From positions 4,835-68,834 of the forward strand of contig NZ_JAGXGF010000230.1 in the NCBI RefSeq assembly GCF_024636815.1: 64,000 nucleotides of DNA, in the 5' to 3' direction. The translations under genes and the position numbers were made by a program. Source of the stretch: Marivirga sp. (GTDB lineage Bacteria > Bacteroidota > Bacteroidia > Cytophagales > Cyclobacteriaceae). The first letter of the stretch is position 1; the number at the start of each line of letters is the position of its first letter. This document shows positions 59,306 through 64,000 of the stretch, one piece after another. The notes below the pieces were generated by a model. The model was not told the DNA's origin. It saw only the letters and a program-made list of their open reading frames with translations, and made no database searches.

Positions 59306-60706
59306 ATGAAAAAACTATCAACTACTTTATTCTTAATCTTTTTATGCTTCTCACTTTTTTCTCAGAGTATAGAAGGGAAATGGCAAGGTTTACTTAAAGT
59401 TCAGGGAACTGAGTTAACTATTGTATTCAACATCTCAAAACAAGGAGATTCTTTAATTGCGACTATGGATAGTCCGGATCAAGGGGCTTTTGGTTTAGCT
59501 ATTCAAGAGGTTTCCTTTCAGGATAAGCAGTTAAGTTTAGCAATGAATATGCCTCCAATTCAGTATGAAGGCACTCTTAATTCTGATGGAGAAATAGATG
59601 GGGTTTTTATACAAGCGGGGTATGAATTTCCTTTATTTCTTACACAAAATGAGGTTAAGAAATCAAACAAAAAGAAACCGCAGGATCCTGTGGAGCCTTT
59701 TCCCTACCTAAGTGAAGATATTATTTTTAATAATGAAGCTGAAGGAATAAAACTTGCAGGAACTTTAACAATGCCTTCCGAAGGTGAAAACTTCCCTGCT
59801 GTAGTTTTGATTAGTGGCAGTGGTCCGCAAGATCGAAACGAGGCTTTATTAGGCCATAAACCTTTTTTAGTACTGTCTGATTACTTGACTAGGCAAGGAA
59901 TAGCTGTATTACGATATGATGATAGAGGTACAGCTGAATCGGAAGGTGATTTCAGTACTGCTACTTCAGCTGATTTTAAAACGGATGTAGCTTCAGCAGT
60001 TGATTATTTAAAGACTCGTAAAGGAATTGACCCTGATAATATTGGATTGATTGGTCATAGCGAAGGAGGTATAGTAGCACCAATGGTGGCAGTAGAATCG
60101 GATGATGTGGCATTCATTGTTTTAATGGCGGGTACAGGGATTAGAGGAAATGAGTTGTTATTGCGCCAAAGCGAATTAATTGGCAAGGCTTCAGGAATGA
60201 GCGATACTCAATTAAAGAAAGCAAGAGAATTCAATAAAGGAGCTTATGATATTGTAGTGAATACTGTTAATGAAAACAATATCAGAGAAGATTTAAAAAA
60301 ATACTTGGAGGAATCAGTCGCTAAGAACCCAGAATTGGCAACAGCAAATGGATTGAAGGAGGAAGTTTTTGTGAATCAAATTTCAGGACAATTATCTAGT
60401 CCATGGATGATATATTTTCTGAGGCACGATCCCTCTGTTGTTCTACAAAAAGTGGATTGCCCTGTATTGGCGATAGTTGGTGAAAAAGACTTGCAAGTTC
60501 CTGCTAGGGTTAATTTAGAAGCTATTGAGGATGCATTGAAAGCAGGCGGAAACACACAATATACCATTAAGGAATTGGCGGGACTAAACCATCTTTTCCA
60601 GGAAGCTGAAACAGGTTCACCGAGTGAATATGCCCAAATAGAACAAACTATTGCACCGGCAGCATTAGAATTGATGGCTAATTGGATATTGATGCAAGTT
60701 AAATAA
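59306..60706 (+). CDS. secreted alpha/beta hydrolase
   Basis: Signal peptide, SGSGPQDRN, GHSEGG, GEKDLQV, LNHLFQ. Confidence 0.9.
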   Translation: MKKLSTTLFLIFLCFSLFSQSIEGKWQGLLKVQGTELTIVFNISKQGDSLIATMDSPDQGAFGLAIQEVSFQDKQLSLAMNMPPIQYEGTLNSDGEIDGVFIQAGYEFPLFLTQNEVKKSNKKKPQDPVEPFPYLSEDIIFNNEAEGIKLAGTLTMPSEGENFPAVVLISGSGPQDRNEALLGHKPFLVLSDYLTRQGIAVLRYDDRGTAESEGDFSTATSADFKTDVASAVDYLKTRKGIDPDNIGLIGHSEGGIVAPMVAVESDDVAFIVLMAGTGIRGNELLLRQSELIGKASGMSDTQLKKAREFNKGAYDIVVNTVNENNIREDLKKYLEESVAKNPELATANGLKEEVFVNQISGQLSSPWMIYFLRHDPSVVLQKVDCPVLAIVGEKDLQVPARVNLEAIEDALKAGGNTQYTIKELAGLNHLFQEAETGSPSEYAQIEQTIAPAALELMANWILMQVK

Positions 60707-60827
60707 GTAAAATAAAATTCTTGATCTAATCATTCTATAATATATATTCAACAATTAAAGCCGTTTAGCTCAACCTTTTCACTCAGTTCCGTTTCTTCTG
60801 CTTAGTTGATAAGTAAAGAGAGAAGAG

Positions 60828-61829
60828 ATGAAGGCATTACAGATAATGGGCTATGGAGATATAGCAAAGAACGTTGAATTTAATGAGGTTGAAACACCAC
60901 GATTTTCTGAAAACCAAGTATTAATTGAAATTCATGCTGCGAGTATAAACCCAATAGATTTTAAAATAATCGAGGGGGCAATGAAAAGCATTGAGAAATT
61001 GTCTTTTCCGGCTCCAGTTGGATTTGATTTGGCTGGGAAAGTAGTCGATAAAGGAGATATGGTCACTGATTTTAATCTTGGTGATGAAGTTTTTGCTAGA
61101 GTACCAACAGATGCACCTGGGACTTTTGCTGAAATGATCGCAGTTGATCATCAGGCAGTTTGTCAAAAACCATCAAATCTATCTTACATAGAGGCTGCAA
61201 GTATTCCATTAGTTGGATTGACCACAGTTCAATCTTTTCAAAAGGCACAGCTTAAATCAGGCGATAAAGTATTGATTCACGCAGGTTCTGGTGGAGTTGG
61301 TTCTTTTGCTATTCAATATGCTAAGACTAAGGGAGCATATGTATATACCACTACAAGTTCAAAAAATGTTGAATGGGTGAAAGATTTGGGTGCTGACCGA
61401 GTAATTGATTATAAAGAGGAAGATTATCTCGAGATCATAGAGGAAGTTGATATAGTATATGATACACTTGGTGGCGATTATACCAAAGATGCATTTAAAA
61501 TCCTTAAAGACGGTGGTAGTGTTGTGAGCATTGCTGGTGATCCCGATAATGAAACAGCTAAAGATTTAGGTTTAAATGGATTGATTCGATTCTTACTTAA
61601 GCTGAAACGATTTAAATTAGACAAACTAGTTAAGGAAAAGGATGCTTATTATAAATTCGTAATGATGCATGCGGATGGAGCACAGCTAGATGAAATTAAA
61701 GAACTTATTGAAAATAATTACATAAGAGCTATTATAGATAGAGAATATCCATTTACAGAAGTGGCAAAAGCTTTAGAATATGTCAAAAAAGGGCATACTG
61801 AAGGGAAAGTAGTTTTGAATATGAAATAA
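60828..61829 (+). CDS. NADP-dependent oxidoreductase (MDR superfamily)
   Basis: AASINPIDFK, HAGSGGVG, GADRVIDY, GHTEGKVV. Confidence 0.92.
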   Translation: MKALQIMGYGDIAKNVEFNEVETPRFSENQVLIEIHAASINPIDFKIIEGAMKSIEKLSFPAPVGFDLAGKVVDKGDMVTDFNLGDEVFARVPTDAPGTFAEMIAVDHQAVCQKPSNLSYIEAASIPLVGLTTVQSFQKAQLKSGDKVLIHAGSGGVGSFAIQYAKTKGAYVYTTTSSKNVEWVKDLGADRVIDYKEEDYLEIIEEVDIVYDTLGGDYTKDAFKILKDGGSVVSIAGDPDNETAKDLGLNGLIRFLLKLKRFKLDKLVKEKDAYYKFVMMHADGAQLDEIKELIENNYIRAIIDREYPFTEVAKALEYVKKGHTEGKVVLNMK

Positions 61830-61834
61830 TATCT

Positions 61835-61862
61835 AACTCCTGGTTGAAGACTGGGAGTTTTT
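61835..61862. terminator. intrinsic terminator
   Basis: AACTCCTGG-TTGAAGA-CTGGGAGTTTTT between convergent genes. Confidence 0.7.
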
Positions 61863-61873
61863 ATTCTTGCTTT

Positions 61874-62533
61874 TTAAGCATCTTCAATTAGAAAAATGTT
61901 AGGGTCAGGACATAATTTTTTAAAATGTTCTAACTCTGAAGGTGCACAAACACCTGGAAAATCACCATTTTTATCCTGTATATCTGAAATGAGTTGGAAA
62001 TGAAGGTGAGGTGGCCAATCGCCATTTTCGGGAAATGGACCTAATTCACAGAATTTTTCTCCTTTTTTAAGGATATCACCTTTTTCTAAATTACTCAAAC
62101 TTTTTAAACTGAGATGTCCATATAGAGTATAAATGATTTTACCATTTAGTTCATGTTCGAGAATAATAGTTGGACCGTAATCTCCAAAATTATTGTTATA
62201 TGCGAAACTATGTACTTTGGCATCCAATGGTGAATAAAGTGGATGAAATGCTTCACACCAAACATCAACACCCAAGTGCATACAGCGAGATTCGCCTTGC
62301 TGAAAATGAGTACTTCTTTGATAAATCATACGGTTTTCTAGATATCCGCCATGACCATATTGCTTTTCTTTTTGTTTTAAAAAACCAAAAACATAATCAT
62401 TAAATATAGGAGTAGATTGAAGATCAAGCTTTAGCAAATCATTGTTTTGATTAGAGAAATCCAACAACAGACTGTTTTGCTGATTTAGCCATTCACCCAT
62501 CACAGGAAAAAGGAAGTTTTGGTCTATTTTCAT
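61874..62533 (-). CDS. M23 family peptidase
   Basis: HLGVD (HxxxD), YGHL, PPHLHFQ. Confidence 0.88.
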   Translation of the reverse strand: MKIDQNFLFPVMGEWLNQQNSLLLDFSNQNNDLLKLDLQSTPIFNDYVFGFLKQKEKQYGHGGYLENRMIYQRSTHFQQGESRCMHLGVDVWCEAFHPLYSPLDAKVHSFAYNNNFGDYGPTIILEHELNGKIIYTLYGHLSLKSLSNLEKGDILKKGEKFCELGPFPENGDWPPHLHFQLISDIQDKNGDFPGVCAPSELEHFKKLCPDPNIFLIEDA

Positions 62534-62546
62534 TTATTATTTTTTG

Positions 62547-62584
62547 TAAAACAAAACTGCCGTGAGCAATAACTCCCACGGCAG
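62547..62584 (-). terminator. pckA terminator
   Basis: CTGCCGTG...CACGGCAG stem followed by a T-rich tract on the minus strand. Confidence 0.7.
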
Positions 62585-62612
62585 CACAATTTAACTTAAC
62601 TGAAAAATAAAA

Positions 62613-64000
62613 TTAGAATTTAGATAAATTCTGTTTTGGAGCTCCTGCCATAATCTCTTCATTGGCAAAATCTTCAAATTTTTTGAAGTTCTCATTGAAT
62701 TCATTAGCGAGTTTATTCGCCATTTCATAATAACCTTTGTCATTTTTCCATGTTTCTCTCGGGCTTAATACCTCAGAAGGAACATCAGGACAGGTAGCAG
62801 GAATAGCACATCCAAAAATTGAGTGGTTTCTATAACCTACTTCATCCAATCCTCCATTAAGAGCTGCAGTAATCATCGCTCTGGTATATTTCAATTTCAT
62901 TCTTGAGCCTACTCCATAAGGCCCACCAGACCAGCCTGTGTTTACTAACCAAACAGTTACTTTTTGCTCATCCATTTTCTTCCCTAACATTTCTGCATAT
63001 TGCGTTGGGTGTAATGGAAGAAAAGGAGCTCCAAAACAAGCACTGAATACTGTTTGAGGTTCTGTGACACCTGCTTCTGTTCCTGCGACTTTAGCAGTGT
63101 AACCCGAAATGAAGTGATACATTGCCTGTCCTTTAGAAAGTTTTGATATTGGAGGTAAAACTCCATATGCATCACAAGTCAAAAAGAAAATATTTTTTGG
63201 AACGCCACCTATAGAAGGAGATACAGCATTATCAATATGATGAATAGGGTAGGCAGTTCTGGTATTTTGCGTTACTTCTGTGTTTTCATAATCAACCGTT
63301 CTAGTGCCTGGAATAAAGCGAGTATTTTCTACTATAGCTCCAAATTTAATGGCCTTAAAAATTTGCGGTTCTTTTTCTTCAGTTAAATCAATGGTTTTAG
63401 CATAACAGCCTCCCTCAAAGTTGAATACCCCATTTTCCGTCCAGCCATGTTCATCATCACCAATCAAACCTCTATTTTCATCAGCAGATAAAGTAGTTTT
63501 ACCGGTTCCTGACAAACCAAAGAAAATAGCCGTATCTCCATCTGCTTTTTCACTCATATTAGCTGAGCAATGCATGGATAGTACTTTGTGGTCAGTTGGT
63601 AAAGTATAATTCAAGACAGAGAATATGCCTTTTTTCATTTCTCCAGCATAACCAGTACCACCAATTAAAATAATATTTTTTGTGAAATTAACAATGGCGA
63701 AATTTTTCTGGCGAGTTCCATCTTTTTCAGGGTCAGCTTCAAATTCCGGAATATTGATAATAGTGAAGGTCGGTTCAAAAGTTTCTAATTTATATTTTTC
63801 GGGTCTTAGAAACATATTGTAGCAAAACAAATTATGCCATGCTTGAGTATTTACTACTCTTAAATTTAATCGGTAAGTTTTATCAGCACCGGCATAAGCG
63901 TCTCTTACATAAACTTTTTTGTTCTCAAGAAATTTGAGCATTTTTTCATGAAGGGCATCGAATTTATCCGGGTCAAATGGAATATTTATATCTCCCCACC
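62613..64000 (-). CDS. pckA: phosphoenolpyruvate carboxykinase (ATP), 5' part outside the window
   Basis: YAGEMKKG, FFGLSGTGKTTLS, LIGDDEHGW, FNFEGGCYAK. Confidence 0.97.
   Translation of the reverse strand, partial: WGDINIPFDPDKFDALHEKMLKFLENKKVYVRDAYAGADKTYRLNLRVVNTQAWHNLFCYNMFLRPEKYKLETFEPTFTIINIPEFEADPEKDGTRQKNFAIVNFTKNIILIGGTGYAGEMKKGIFSVLNYTLPTDHKVLSMHCSANMSEKADGDTAIFFGLSGTGKTTLSADENRGLIGDDEHGWTENGVFNFEGGCYAKTIDLTEEKEPQIFKAIKFGAIVENTRFIPGTRTVDYENTEVTQNTRTAYPIHHIDNAVSPSIGGVPKNIFFLTCDAYGVLPPISKLSKGQAMYHFISGYTAKVAGTEAGVTEPQTVFSACFGAPFLPLHPTQYAEMLGKKMDEQKVTVWLVNTGWSGGPYGVGSRMKLKYTRAMITAALNGGLDEVGYRNHSIFGCAIPATCPDVPSEVLSPRETWKNDKGYYEMANKLANEFNENFKKFEDFANEEIMAGAPKQNLSKF

Noticed and set aside
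2684-63609. About 30 short ORFs antisense to or overlapping well-supported genes (e.g. 2684-2944, 5512-5736, 10541-10819, 39066-39356, 63421-63609)
   Set aside because: Shadow frames of real genes with no recognisable motifs
1-64000. tRNA, rRNA, integrase, transposase or prophage genes
   Set aside because: None recognised by eye; tRNAscan-SE and Rfam were not run

Overview
AT-rich chromosomal window from a Bacteroidota bacterium. TAnnTTTG -7 promoters, a T9SS C-terminal domain, Gln-starting secreted proteins and gene content point to Cytophagales; Marivirga-like is my impression, not verified. About 55 genes. Housekeeping: pth, rluF, mnmA, holA, folC, trmB, rsmE, pckA, pxpABC. Envelope cluster: TPR, beta-barrel, SPOR, ExbB, ExbD, TonB. 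Also a DUF4159-MoxR-DUF58-BatA cluster, many peptidases (M1, M16, M57, S8, M20, metzincin, M23) and a lipoprotein serpin. Best candidate for an undescribed system is the four-gene minus-strand operon at 47387-50043. It encodes an exported protein ending in PCPTDCE, a stand-alone 7-TM protein, a sensor-less HisKA_3 kinase and a NarL/LuxR regulator. A NarL-type 7-2-7 box lies upstream, suggesting an autoregulated signalling circuit. Other signals: several REP/REPIN-like palindrome families (two with compensatory changes, one supplying gene stop codons), heptamer arrays, three frameshifted genes, a decayed BrnT/BrnA module and several proteins with substituted catalytic residues. No rRNA, tRNA, CRISPR array or transposase was seen. 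All family calls come from motif recognition, not database searches.
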